Below are positions 19,886 through 29,893 of a DNA stretch of 64,000 nucleotides, in pieces (positions within the stretch are counted from its first letter, which is position 1; each line of letters opens with the position of its first letter). The stretch lies in NCBI GenBank assembly GCA_947624285.1, contig CANQJS010000002.1, positions 16,993 to 80,992 on the forward strand, in the 5' to 3' direction. A model generated the notes under the pieces. That model was not told the DNA's origin, made no database searches, and saw only the letters and a program-made list of their open reading frames with translations. Position numbers and translations under genes: made by a program. This DNA comes from an uncultured Clostridia bacterium. GTDB taxonomy: Bacteria; Bacillota; Clostridia; Oscillospirales; Acutalibacteraceae.

Positions 19886-21061
19886 ATGACGGAATACACT
19901 TTGAAATACGGCTGTAACCCGAATCAAAATCCGGCGAAAATACATATGGACGGCAAAAAACTGCCGTTTGAGATACTTAACGGCAGCGCAGGATATATAA
20001 ATCTTTTGGACGCTTTCAACGCGTGGCAGCTTGTTAAGGAGCTGAAAGAGGCTACGGGGCTTCCGGGCGCGGCGTCCTTCAAGCATGTTTCCCCCGCCGG
20101 CGCGGCTGTGGCTCAACCTCTTTCGGAGACGGACAGAAAGGCGTTTTTTGTGCCCGATGATTTGGAGCTTACCCCCATCGCTCAGGCGTATGTGAGGGCA
20201 AGGGGCTGCGACAGGGTATCATCATTCGGTGATTTCGCCGCCCTTTCGGACGAATGCGACGCAAGCGTTGCGAAATTCCTTGTAAAAGAAGTCTCGGACG
20301 GTATAATCGCCCCGTCCTACACCGACGAAGCGCTGGAAATACTGAAAACCAAGCGCCGCGGCGGATATCTCGTTATTAAAATGGACGAAAATTACACCCC
20401 CGAAGAAACGGAAACAAAGCAGGTTTTCGGCATTAAATTTGAGCAGAAGAGAAACGACGCGAAAATCACTATGGAGCTTTTCGACGATATGCCGACAAAG
20501 ATAAAGGATATTCCCGAAATAGCGAAAATAGATTTGCTTATCTCAATGATAACTTTAAAATACACCCAGTCAAACTCCGTATGCTACGCAATGGGCGGGC
20601 AGACGATAGGCGTTGGAGCGGGTCAGCAATCGAGAATACATTGCACCCGCCTTGCCGGAAACAAAGCCGATAACTGGTGGCTTCGCCGCAATGAAAAGGT
20701 GCTTTCGCTGCCGTTTATCGAGGGGATACGCAAATGCGAAGCGGATAACGCCATAGACCTCTATATAAGCGACGATTACGAGGAGCTTTACGAAAACGAC
20801 CTTTGGAAAAAGTATTTCACCGAAAAGCCCGAGCCTTTTACAAAGGCGGAAAAAACAGAGTGGCATAAAAAAATGGATCTGGTGGCCCTCGGCTCGGACG
20901 CTTTCTTCCCGTTTGAGGACAACATTGAAAGGGCGGTAAAATCCGGCGTAAAATACATCGCACAGCCGGGAGGCTCGGTAAGAGACGCCAATGTTATCGA
21001 GTGCTGCGACAGCCACTCAATAGCAATGACGATGACGGGGATAAGGCTTTTCCACCACTGA
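19886..21061 (+). CDS. purH: AICAR formyltransferase (short PurH lacking the IMP cyclohydrolase domain)
   Basis: 'LKYGCNPNQ', 'SFKHVSPAGAA', 'KYTQSNSV', 'SDAFFPF', C-terminal 'RLFHH'. Confidence 0.92.
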   Translation: MTEYTLKYGCNPNQNPAKIHMDGKKLPFEILNGSAGYINLLDAFNAWQLVKELKEATGLPGAASFKHVSPAGAAVAQPLSETDRKAFFVPDDLELTPIAQAYVRARGCDRVSSFGDFAALSDECDASVAKFLVKEVSDGIIAPSYTDEALEILKTKRRGGYLVIKMDENYTPEETETKQVFGIKFEQKRNDAKITMELFDDMPTKIKDIPEIAKIDLLISMITLKYTQSNSVCYAMGGQTIGVGAGQQSRIHCTRLAGNKADNWWLRRNEKVLSLPFIEGIRKCEADNAIDLYISDDYEELYENDLWKKYFTEKPEPFTKAEKTEWHKKMDLVALGSDAFFPFEDNIERAVKSGVKYIAQPGGSVRDANVIECCDSHSIAMTMTGIRLFHH

Positions 21062-21172
21062 TAGGAGATTTAAAAAGAACTGATAAATATATCGGTTCTT
21101 TTTTTACGATTTCCTGTTTTTTCATATTGATAAAAAAATAACAATCAACTATAATATAATCGGGTGAGCGGC

Positions 21173-21352
21173 ATGGAGTTAATATGTGAAAAATGTTGGT
21201 ATAATTCCTATGATGAGGAGCAGGACGAATATTTTTGCTCTTTGGAGCTCGATGAGGATGAATACGCGCGGTTTTTGCAAAACGATTTTGCCTCCTGTAA
21301 ATATTTCCGCCCAGATAACGGTGAGTATGAGATAGTCAGGAGGCAGAACTGA
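21173..21352 (+). CDS. Small Cys/acidic protein (DUF6472-like)
   Basis: 'CEKCWYNSYDEEQDEYFC..LDEDE...C.YF...EYEIVRRQN'. Confidence 0.7.
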   Translation: MELICEKCWYNSYDEEQDEYFCSLELDEDEYARFLQNDFASCKYFRPDNGEYEIVRRQN

Positions 21353-22776
21353 TGAGGCGCAACACTCTGTTGACCGCGGCGATAACAGGCATAGGCGTGC
21401 TTATCATTATTGTCGCCGTTGCCGTTTTTAATATAAATAACGGTAACGCAAGCTCTGCATTCTCGCTTGAAGATGATATCGTATATCTCGGCGTCGGGCA
21501 GATTTATCGGCTCCCCGTAAACGGTGACGGTATGCCGCGCTTCAGAAGCTACGACAGCAGGATCGCCTCTGTTGACGAAAACGGCGTTATAACGGCGGAA
21601 AAAGCGGGAAGCACCGTTATCAAAGCGGGCTCAGAAAAGCTTGAGCTTCATATTATCGAGCCGCCGACGAGCCTGACCGCCGGTGAAAAAAGTTTTACCC
21701 TGGGCGTTGGTGAAAAGTATAAGCCTCTGCTGAAAACCGACGGAGAAGCAACAATTGCGGGGATAGCCTATACCGTTTCTGACGAAGGCGTTATTGAAAT
21801 TGACGCGCACGGCACGGTAACCGCAAAGGCGGCGGGCAAAACCACCGTAACCGCAGAGACCTACAATGGGTTGAAAGCGGCGTATGAAATCACGGTAAAG
21901 AACGCGCCTGAGAAAATGACGCTTTCCGCCTTCAACAGCAAGCTTTACACTGGCACAGAGTTTGATTTAAAGGTTGATTTCGGAAAAAATGCCTGCGCAA
22001 AGGGATTAGCATTTGAAACCGACAACGACGCCGTGCTGACAGTCGATGAAAAAGGCAGGGCAAAAGCGCTTGCCGCGGGAAAAGCTAATGTCACCGTAAC
22101 CGCTTACAACGGCGTGACCGCCAAATGCACGCTCACGGTTTTGGAAAAGCCGTATTACATAAGGACCGACCTTGACCCCGACAAGCCCATGGCGGCGTTT
22201 ACCTTTGACGACGGACCTAACGCTCCCACCACAGACAGAATATTGAATACGCTTGAGAAATACGGCTGCTCCGCCACATTCTTTATAGTGGGCAGCAGAA
22301 CAAAAAACTCGAATCACGCCGAATGCGTAAAGAAAATGGCGGAAAACGGCTTTGAAATAGGCAATCACACCTACGACCATAAGCATTACGGCTCGGATGT
22401 TACGGCGCAGGATATTTCCAAATGCTCGGATAAGCTTTTTGAGGTATCCGGTCAATATTCCTCGGTGTTCAGACCGACGGGCGGTTATATTACCGATGAA
22501 ATTAAAAAATCCTGCAATATGCCGCTTATTCTTTGGAATGTTGATACGCAGGACTGGCGCAGCAAGAACGCCTCGAAAGTTTATTCACATCTCAAAAAAG
22601 ACATAGAGGACGGCAGCGTTATACTTATGCACGATATATACAAAAGCACCGCCGAGGCGGTGGAAAAAGCCGTGCCCGAGCTTGTAAAAAGCGGGTGGCA
22701 GATAGTCAATGTGTCGGAGCTTGCGTATTACAGCGGCGTCGATTTGCAAAACGGCAGACCTTATTATTCGTTTTGA
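21352..22776 (+). CDS. Membrane-anchored Ig-like (Big_2) repeats + polysaccharide deacetylase
   Basis: N-terminal TM helix, 'IASVDENGVITA' repeats, NodB motifs 'TFDDGP', 'GNHTYDH', 'FRPTGG', 'ILMHD'. Confidence 0.92.
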   Translation: MRRNTLLTAAITGIGVLIIIVAVAVFNINNGNASSAFSLEDDIVYLGVGQIYRLPVNGDGMPRFRSYDSRIASVDENGVITAEKAGSTVIKAGSEKLELHIIEPPTSLTAGEKSFTLGVGEKYKPLLKTDGEATIAGIAYTVSDEGVIEIDAHGTVTAKAAGKTTVTAETYNGLKAAYEITVKNAPEKMTLSAFNSKLYTGTEFDLKVDFGKNACAKGLAFETDNDAVLTVDEKGRAKALAAGKANVTVTAYNGVTAKCTLTVLEKPYYIRTDLDPDKPMAAFTFDDGPNAPTTDRILNTLEKYGCSATFFIVGSRTKNSNHAECVKKMAENGFEIGNHTYDHKHYGSDVTAQDISKCSDKLFEVSGQYSSVFRPTGGYITDEIKKSCNMPLILWNVDTQDWRSKNASKVYSHLKKDIEDGSVILMHDIYKSTAEAVEKAVPELVKSGWQIVNVSELAYYSGVDLQNGRPYYSF

Positions 22777-22802
22777 GCGCAACAGTCTGTAAATATAACC
22801 GC

Positions 22803-23229
22803 GTTTCGACAGGGAAGTATTTTATTAAAACAAAATATTTTTTACACAATAACGCGTTAACAGCCGCCCGTCACCGCCGTCAGGTGATTTGGGCGGCTTT
22901 TTTATGCGGCAACACCTCTTGCGTCGGCTAAAGCTGAGGGGAGTTGAACCCGATAAGTCCCACGGCGGTTCTTTTTGGTTATTTTTCCCCTTTTCTTCTT
23001 GGCGGGCGCCAGCCCGCCTGCACCGAAAAAAGCAAAAATCCCTCAAAAACTCCTCGCCGTGGGATGCTAGCAGTTTTTGCGGTGAGGATTTTTGCAAAGA
23101 CAATGAAAACGCCGAAGTCAATACTTGCGTATTGACAAGGGGTTTGAAGCAGTATTTGCGTAAATAAGCCCGCAAAAACCTTATTGTGTTCGACTCCCCT
23201 CAGCTAAAGTAATAATTCCCCGCCGAAAC
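22803..23229. repeat. Nested inverted-repeat intergenic element (MITE/REP-like)
   Basis: AGCTGAGGGGAGTTGAACCCGATAAG (~22932) pairs with CTTATTGTGTTCGACTCCCCTCAGCT (~23205); weaker outer IR GTTTCGACAGGGAA / TTCCCCGCCGAAAC; internal hairpins. Confidence 0.6.
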
Positions 23230-23301
23230 AGGCTTCGTTTCCCTGTTAAATGTTGATATTTGGGCTTACGCCCTCGTCAAAAACAAATGCGAAAAAGTTT
23301 A

Positions 23302-23330
23302 TTGACTTAAAGCGACTGTTAATATATAAT
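23302..23330 (+). promoter_or_regulatory. purA promoter
   Basis: TTGACT-17 bp-TATAAT. Confidence 0.75.
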
Positions 23331-23407
23331 TAGTTAAGGCACGGGTCTTTTCCCGAGCCTGTTTTGCTTTTCAAAACGGGAATACAAAATTTCAGGAGAG
23401 AGGAATT

Positions 23408-24682
23408 ATGGTAAGAGCTATCGTCGGCGCCAACTGGGGCGATGAGGGAAAGGGAAAAATAACGGATATGTTCGCCTCAAAGGCGGATATAGTTATTCGC
23501 TTTCAGGGCGGCGCCAACGCGGGGCATACGATAATAAACGAGCACGGAAGATTTGCCCTGCACCTTATGCCCAGCGGAGTTTGCAGCGAAAATACCGTCT
23601 GCATCATAGGAAACGGCGTTGCGCTTGATATAAACAAATTTTTGAATGAGCTTGCCGATATAAAAAAGGCGGGGCTTGACCCCAAGCTTCTTGTTTCGGA
23701 GCGTTGCCAGATACTTATGCCGTATCACATTCTGCTTGACGAATATGAGGAGGAAAGGCTCGGCAAGGCGGCGTTCGGCTCAACGAAAAGCGGTATCGCT
23801 CCGTTTTTTTCGGATAAATTTTCCAAAATCGGTATTCAGGTAAACGAGCTTTTTGATGAGGAAACTCTCAGGGCGAAGCTCAAAAACATATGCACGCTTA
23901 AAAATCTTACTCTAAAATATGTTTATGACAAGCCCCTGCTTGATGAGGACGAGCTCTTTGCCACCTGCATGGAATACAGGGATAAAATCGCGCCGTTTGT
24001 GTGCGACACCCACGCCTATATAAGGCAGGCGTTGAAAGAGGGCAAGGAGATACTTCTTGAAGGCCAGCTCGGCACGCTCAAGGATCCCGATTTCGGAATT
24101 TATCCGATGGTAACTTCCTCCTCCACTCTCGCGGGCTACGGCTGCGTCGGCGCGGGAATACCGGCGAGCGAGCTAAAGGACATAGTTGTTGTTACAAAGG
24201 CGTATTCAAGCGCCGTAGGAGCAGGCGAATTTGTTTCGGAGATACTCGATGAGGACGAGGCTCAGGAGCTTCGGCTTCACGGGGGCGACAAGGGCGAGTT
24301 CGGAGCTACGACGGGAAGACCGAGAAGAGTCGGCTGGTTTGACTGCGTCGCCACGCGCTACGGCGTTGAGTGCCAAGGCGCTACTCAGGTGGTTATGACG
24401 GCGCTCGACTGCCTCTCTTACCTTGAGGAAATAAAGGTCTGCGTTGCCTATGAGCTTGACGGAAAGGAAATAGATTATTTCCCCACTACGCCGCAGCTCA
24501 AAAGATGCCGCCCCGTGTTAAAGACCTTTAAGGGCTGGCACTGCGACATAAGAGGTATAAAAGAATATTCAAAGCTTCCGCAGGAGACGCGCGATTATGT
24601 GGAATTTATCGAAAAAGAGATAGGTTACCCGATCACAATGGTGTCAAACGGTCCCGAACGCGAGGCTATTATCTATAAATAA
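23408..24682 (+). CDS. purA: Adenylosuccinate synthetase
   Basis: 'GANWGDEGKGK', 'GGANAGHT', 'EFGATTGRPRRVGWFD'. Confidence 0.98.
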   Translation: MVRAIVGANWGDEGKGKITDMFASKADIVIRFQGGANAGHTIINEHGRFALHLMPSGVCSENTVCIIGNGVALDINKFLNELADIKKAGLDPKLLVSERCQILMPYHILLDEYEEERLGKAAFGSTKSGIAPFFSDKFSKIGIQVNELFDEETLRAKLKNICTLKNLTLKYVYDKPLLDEDELFATCMEYRDKIAPFVCDTHAYIRQALKEGKEILLEGQLGTLKDPDFGIYPMVTSSSTLAGYGCVGAGIPASELKDIVVVTKAYSSAVGAGEFVSEILDEDEAQELRLHGGDKGEFGATTGRPRRVGWFDCVATRYGVECQGATQVVMTALDCLSYLEEIKVCVAYELDGKEIDYFPTTPQLKRCRPVLKTFKGWHCDIRGIKEYSKLPQETRDYVEFIEKEIGYPITMVSNGPEREAIIYK

Positions 24683-24749
24683 TACAAAACAGGCGGTCAA
24701 TAAGCCGAAAATCGGCTCACTGACCGCCTTATTTATTTTGATTGACCCG

Positions 24750-25133
24750 TTATTTTATCATCGCCAATATCGTGTTGCGCAGGTCGTTTGGAAACTGAGC
24801 CTGCTTTACGGCGCCGATGATTGCGGTTATGAGAGGAATAAGGCAAATAAACCAGCCCACACAAAGTCCGATTATCTTGCCCGTCCAAGAAGCGTCCGAG
24901 AAATACACTATAAGCGTATTTTCACGAACGGTAAAGGTCGCCTTGATCCCGATGTCAAGACCGAGAAGCATATTTATGCCGCCCACGCCCTTGTCAAAAT
25001 CAAGAACAACGCTGTTGTCCAATGAAGCGGAGGTTACCGCAAAGCCGCCGGATCTGTAAAAATCCGCAAGATGCTGAGTAAATGCTTCAAGCTCAAAGCC
25101 CTCCGGAACATTGATCATAAAAGAGTCTGCCAT
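24750..25133 (-). CDS. Hypothetical membrane protein
   Basis: RBS AAAGGAG; C-terminal hydrophobic helix. Confidence 0.7.
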   Translation of the reverse strand: MADSFMINVPEGFELEAFTQHLADFYRSGGFAVTSASLDNSVVLDFDKGVGGINMLLGLDIGIKATFTVRENTLIVYFSDASWTGKIIGLCVGWFICLIPLITAIIGAVKQAQFPNDLRNTILAMIK

Positions 25134-25158
25134 AATTTTATTCTCCTTTCGTTTTTGC

Positions 25159-25491
25159 TTAATAAATCAAACAAAGCTTTATAATATATCTTGCGAGAAA
25201 CGCGGCAATGAAAAGCACACCTACGGTTATTTCGACCTTTGCGGGGAGTTGAAATTTTTTGCGGAAAAGCAGATAAACGACCGTTACAACCGGAATGAGA
25301 AAAAGCTCATGGGCGTGAAACGCTCCGATGAAATCAAATCTCGCCGCGTGCAAAACGGCGCTTGTAAGACCGCAGCCGGGGCATTCTATCCCGAAAATAA
25401 GCCGTATCGGGCATTGATATATTATGATGAACGCGATGAACGCGGCCGCTTTCGCGGTATTTTTCATAATCCCGACCGCTTTTTCTTTCAT
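25159..25491 (-). CDS. DUF2752-like small membrane protein
   Basis: 'CPIRLIFGIECPGCGLT..V...RFDF..AF'. Confidence 0.8.
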   Translation of the reverse strand: MKEKAVGIMKNTAKAAAFIAFIIIYQCPIRLIFGIECPGCGLTSAVLHAARFDFIGAFHAHELFLIPVVTVVYLLFRKKFQLPAKVEITVGVLFIAAFLARYIIKLCLIY

Positions 25492-25704
25492 TTTTCAAAA
25501 ACACCCGCAATAACCGATATTTCTCAACTTTATTATACAGAAAACGGCACATAAAGTCAATATGCCGCCCCTTGATCGGCTTGTTTTTCGTTGGGCGGGA
25601 GTCTTTGTTTCAAACCGATTTATGTATTATTATGTTGAAAAGAAAGCGTAAATTGTATATAATATTTTCAGGTGCGGCGGGAGCCGTCCGTTAGGAGGAA
25701 AACG

Positions 25705-27231
25705 ATGGAAAAAATACTTGTGCTCGATTTCGGCGGGCAATATAATCAGCTGATAGCGAGGCGTGTGCGCGACCATAAGGTCTATGCGGAGATACTGCCC
25801 TACACCACCCCCATTGAAACGATAAAAAAGAACGGCTATAAAGGAATAATATTCACGGGCGGGCCTAACTCCGTTTTCGATCCCGCATCGCCCCATTATT
25901 CCGAAGATATACTTAAGCTCGGCGTGCCGATTCTCGGAATATGCTACGGCTGCCAGCTTATCGCGTGGATGGCGGGCGGCGAAGTCTCAACCGCTCCCGT
26001 TTCGGAATACGGAAAAATCGAAATAACGGCTAAGGCTTCGCCGATTTTCAAGGATGTTCCCGAAAAAAGCGTTGTCTGGATGAGCCACACCGATTACATA
26101 TCCGCCCCGCCGAAGGGCTTTGAAATCACCGCGTTTACCGATAACTGCCCCTGCGCCGCCATGCAAAACAGAGAAAAGCGGATATACGCCGTGCAGTTTC
26201 ATCCCGAAGTTACCCACACGGAATACGGCTCGGCTATTCTGCACAATTTCCTCTATGAGGTGTGCGGCTGCGCCGGCGACTGGGTGATGGATAATTTTAT
26301 CGAGACGACCGTTGAAAAGCTTCGGGCGCAGATAGGCGATAAAAATGTTATTCTCGGTCTTTCCGGCGGCGTTGATTCGTCCGTTGCCGCGGGGCTTCTG
26401 TCCCGCGCGGTGGGTAAGCAGCTCACCTGCGTTTTTGTCGATCAGGGGCTTATGCGCAAGGATGAGGGGGATTTTGTTGAAAAGACCTTCACTTCGCTGT
26501 TTGATATGAATTTTGTGCGTGTAAACTGCGCCGACAGGTTTCTCGAAAAGCTGAAGGGCGTTACCGACCCCGAACAGAAGAGAAAAATAATCGGCACGGA
26601 ATTTTTTAATGTATTCTGGAGCGAGATAAGAAAACAGCCGAATAAAGGCTATTTTGCGCAGGGCACGATCTACCCCGACTGCATTGAAAGCGGAAAAGGC
26701 GACGCGGCGGTTATAAAAACGCACCATAACAGGGTAAAGCTCCCCGATGATGTGGAATTTCTCGGCGTTATAGAGCCTCTTGCCGATCTCTTTAAGGACG
26801 AGGTGCGCAAAGTTGGCGAAAAGCTGGGCATACCTAAGGAGCTTGTTTGGCGGCAGCCGTTCCCCGGACCGGGTCTCGGCGTGAGAATAATCGGCGAGCT
26901 GACCGCGGAAAAAATAAAAATACTTCAGGAGGCGGATTGGGTACTCCGCGATGAAATGGCGAAAAACGGATATGAAAAAAATCTCGCCCAGTTTTTCTGC
27001 GTTTTGCCGAATGTTATGACGGTCGGCGTTATGGGCGATCACAGAACTTATGACCACCTCATCGCAATAAGAGCCGTGACCACGGACGATTTTATGACTG
27101 CCGATTGGGCGAAAATACCGTATGATATCCTCGCGCGCGTGTCAAACCGCATAACAAACGAGGTGGCGCATGTCAACCGCGTAGTCTACGATATCACCTC
27201 CAAACCCCCCGGAACAGTTGAGTGGGAATAG
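25705..27231 (+). CDS. guaA: GMP synthase (glutamine-hydrolysing)
   Basis: 'LDFGGQY', 'LGICYG', 'QFHPEV', 'LSGGVDS', C-terminal 'KPPGTVEWE'. Confidence 0.98.
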   Translation: MEKILVLDFGGQYNQLIARRVRDHKVYAEILPYTTPIETIKKNGYKGIIFTGGPNSVFDPASPHYSEDILKLGVPILGICYGCQLIAWMAGGEVSTAPVSEYGKIEITAKASPIFKDVPEKSVVWMSHTDYISAPPKGFEITAFTDNCPCAAMQNREKRIYAVQFHPEVTHTEYGSAILHNFLYEVCGCAGDWVMDNFIETTVEKLRAQIGDKNVILGLSGGVDSSVAAGLLSRAVGKQLTCVFVDQGLMRKDEGDFVEKTFTSLFDMNFVRVNCADRFLEKLKGVTDPEQKRKIIGTEFFNVFWSEIRKQPNKGYFAQGTIYPDCIESGKGDAAVIKTHHNRVKLPDDVEFLGVIEPLADLFKDEVRKVGEKLGIPKELVWRQPFPGPGLGVRIIGELTAEKIKILQEADWVLRDEMAKNGYEKNLAQFFCVLPNVMTVGVMGDHRTYDHLIAIRAVTTDDFMTADWAKIPYDILARVSNRITNEVAHVNRVVYDITSKPPGTVEWE

Positions 27232-27528
27232 TATCTTTTGGCTTAGATGTGCCCGAAATCCGCATGAATACTGGGTTTTCGGGCACATTGAGTTTTATAC
27301 GGTCATAATTTGCAACACTTATGCAACACCTTTGAAAGAAAAAGCGTTTTCGGGCGGAATTGTTCTATTTTAAAAACCTATGAAACTGGAACTGTTATTG
27401 AGTATGTTATACTTTTCAGTGAAGTAACGAACAGATGCGGACAGAGAAATTTGGTACGACAAAAGTTGTCCTGTCAAATGCAGAAGACATTAGATATAAT
27501 AGAATTACTCTAAAAAGAAAGCGAGAAG

Positions 27529-28758
27529 ATGGATATGAGGATGGCAGAGAGTATCGAAAAATTTATTCGAAAATCGTTTGAAATGTACGATCTAAATTAT
27601 GATGTGTTTGCAGAGCAAGAGGTCACTTTTGCCCCAGAAGATGCTCCTGAAATCATCATTAAAGATGGCCTAAATATGTTTGGAGTGGCTGAAGCAGCAA
27701 AGGTGTTAGGAGTATCTTCGGATGATATCCTAAATATGAATGAAGATGCCATATCAAAATGGTACCGAAAGTATAATTTTTTTCGTATATACAGTGATTT
27801 TCTGTCTCAATGGAACTGGGATGCTCATTTCAGCGATAATAGACCGACATCAGAAGAATTCTTCATAAAAACTATTTTTTCGGATCAAGATAATATATAC
27901 TCCGATTATAAAAGTAGGTATGATTATTTTGATATCAAGAAAAGACTCAGCAAAACACTTGAAGAAATCAATTTGGTTTTGCCGGGGACCATTCATCCAA
28001 ATGCTGAAATAACCAATCTGAGAATTAGGACTGAAACGCTTATTTCTTTCCCACAATGTGAAAGAATGGTACAGTCATTCTTAGAAATGGTTGAGCATAT
28101 CAAAAAAATATTTTTCAAAGCCATACATTCTGAGCTCAACAATAACGAAATCAACGAGCTCAATTTTCTTGCTTCGTGGTTTGATGCTTGTGATGTGATA
28201 AAGCCATCCACAAGAATTACTTATGATAATATTCTAAGATACAGAAATATTTACGCAGAAGAAAACCATAATGATTTCTTTGAGTATGTAAAACTAAATC
28301 GGATTCATTTTTCCCCTTGGAGATGTAAGGAATTTCTTGACAATCCAGAACTGGTAAAAAAACTTCTTTATAATTTTCCCAAAGCCAAAGGGGAAATGCG
28401 CGAATTTGTTTTTGAACTTACAAAGTTCACATGTGAGTTTGTATGGTCTGATGCCGAACCTACTCGCTTTTCAGATGAGGAAGAAAAATTCTTTGAAGAA
28501 GTAGATAAAGTAGTAGGAGAAAAACATATTCCGATTGAGGAATGTGCCAAAGAGAGAACATATATATGTGTCGATAAGAACCGTTCCGAAACATATGGCT
28601 GGGGCGAATATATTACGGCTTTGAAACAGGCTTCTGGCCCTGTATCAAAAGGCGGTTTGGAAATACCAGACAGATCGCACATCCTTGATATTCACAATTC
28701 CTTTTCAAGAATACAAAGCAGAGTTGCTGCCAAACACGGAGGTGGCAACAATGTCTAA
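27529..28758 (+). CDS. Hypothetical protein with partial HTH-like segment
   Basis: 409-aa ORF; 'VAEAAKVLGVSSDDIL' resembles an XRE C-terminal helix. Confidence 0.75.
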   Translation: MDMRMAESIEKFIRKSFEMYDLNYDVFAEQEVTFAPEDAPEIIIKDGLNMFGVAEAAKVLGVSSDDILNMNEDAISKWYRKYNFFRIYSDFLSQWNWDAHFSDNRPTSEEFFIKTIFSDQDNIYSDYKSRYDYFDIKKRLSKTLEEINLVLPGTIHPNAEITNLRIRTETLISFPQCERMVQSFLEMVEHIKKIFFKAIHSELNNNEINELNFLASWFDACDVIKPSTRITYDNILRYRNIYAEENHNDFFEYVKLNRIHFSPWRCKEFLDNPELVKKLLYNFPKAKGEMREFVFELTKFTCEFVWSDAEPTRFSDEEEKFFEEVDKVVGEKHIPIEECAKERTYICVDKNRSETYGWGEYITALKQASGPVSKGGLEIPDRSHILDIHNSFSRIQSRVAAKHGGGNNV

Positions 28759-28972
28759 GGAGCAGATAACTGGAAAAACAACAGGTGAAAACTTCCGCCG
28801 TCTTCTAAAAGAAAACAGAATGACCCAGCAGGCATTTGCAGATCACTACGGAATGGAATTACGCAATGTAAGTCGATGGATCAACGAAGAGAAGCTGACA
28901 CACATAGTGGACATTCAAGCCTTAGCCGATTATTTTGATGTTCCATTTACAGAATTCTTCAAGCCAATATAA
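28751..28972 (+). CDS. XRE-family HTH regulator
   Basis: 'GENFRRLLKENRMTQQAFADHYGMELRNVSRWIN...LADYFDV'; overlaps the upstream stop. Confidence 0.88.
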   Translation: MSKEQITGKTTGENFRRLLKENRMTQQAFADHYGMELRNVSRWINEEKLTHIVDIQALADYFDVPFTEFFKPI

Positions 28973-29050
28973 AATAGGACAAATCCTGTCCTAACACTTT
29001 TAATGCCCAATTTGCTATCATATATTCAGAAAGCGAAAGGGGTGTACGAT

Positions 29051-29374
29051 ATGGGTTGGGCAAAGTATATGGAGGATAACCTTGAAATCATCAATGACCG
29101 GCTGTCGCAAATGGCGGAAGGAAGGAACACTTACCCAGCAACTCAAGCGACAATAAAGATGACGGTTTGTATCGCACCTTTGGTAGTGGCTGAAAAAACT
29201 GTTCAAGCTAAGCGTGAAGAAAAATACATCATCTGCAAGGATTGCGGCAGAGTGTTCTCTTTTCCCGTCCGGGATCAACTCTTTTATGAGAAAATGGGAT
29301 GGGAGCCGCCGAAAAGATGCAAGGCTTGCAGAGAGCATCGCAAAATTCGTCACCTCATGTGTCCGGCATATTAA
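29051..29374 (+). CDS. Zinc-ribbon (zf-trcl-like) protein
   Basis: 'ICKDCGRVFSFPVRDQLFYEKMGWEPPKRCKACR'. Confidence 0.85.
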   Translation: MGWAKYMEDNLEIINDRLSQMAEGRNTYPATQATIKMTVCIAPLVVAEKTVQAKREEKYIICKDCGRVFSFPVRDQLFYEKMGWEPPKRCKACREHRKIRHLMCPAY

Positions 29375-29386
29375 GAGGTGACGAGA

Positions 29387-29881
29387 ATGGAAAACATTAT
29401 CTATTCTTCGTCGGAGAATGTATATGCCGAACATGAAAAGAATAGCCCGTCTGCCTACACAAGGAGAAGCATCACAGGGGCGGTCGTCGGATGTAGCAAG
29501 TGTGTTGGATACTGCAAGTATCACGGTCATCCCGGATTCCTAACAAAAGAGCAGCGAAAGCAGCATGATTGTCTAAATAAGGGCTGTTACTACTATATCG
29601 AAAACCAGAAGGAACGCAGACCTGTTTCTTCAGTTATTAAGAATCACTCGCCGATTGTCTTATCTCAAATTCAGCGGGAGATGTCCGATGAAGCAGTTAA
29701 GGTAATCCGGGTAAAAGGAACGGGACTTCATGAGTACACAGCTTTCTATGTTACAATCACGAGAGATTATTCTTTCGACGAATGCACAGTGAGGCTCCAA
29801 AGGGAGTGCGGAATAACCGTTCACTTCGTAAAACTGGATTATGATTTTGATACTTGCGTCAATTTGCTGTGTGCCACATAA
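29387..29881 (+). CDS. Cys/His-rich hypothetical protein
   Basis: 'CSKCVGYCKYHGHPGFLT...HDCLNKGC'; RBS GAGGTG. Confidence 0.75.
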   Translation: MENIIYSSSENVYAEHEKNSPSAYTRRSITGAVVGCSKCVGYCKYHGHPGFLTKEQRKQHDCLNKGCYYYIENQKERRPVSSVIKNHSPIVLSQIQREMSDEAVKVIRVKGTGLHEYTAFYVTITRDYSFDECTVRLQRECGITVHFVKLDYDFDTCVNLLCAT

Positions 29882-29893
29882 GGAGGGTTGATG

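Noticed and set aside
22825-23175. ORFs of 63-116 aa on both strands
   Set aside because: They lie within the repeat element and lack an RBS and protein-like composition.
22920-23210. tRNA or tmRNA gene suggested by GTTCGACTCCCC
   Set aside because: No D-arm or anticodon arm, no CCA, no tag ORF; the motif is one arm of an inverted repeat.
23330-25705. Purine or ZMP riboswitches before purA, guaA (and purH)
   Set aside because: Leaders are short and lack recognisable consensus cores.
25987-27057. 356-aa minus-strand ORF and similar long antisense ORFs (e.g. 4229-5107, 18546-19418, 59005-59739)
   Set aside because: Shadow frames opposite well-supported genes.
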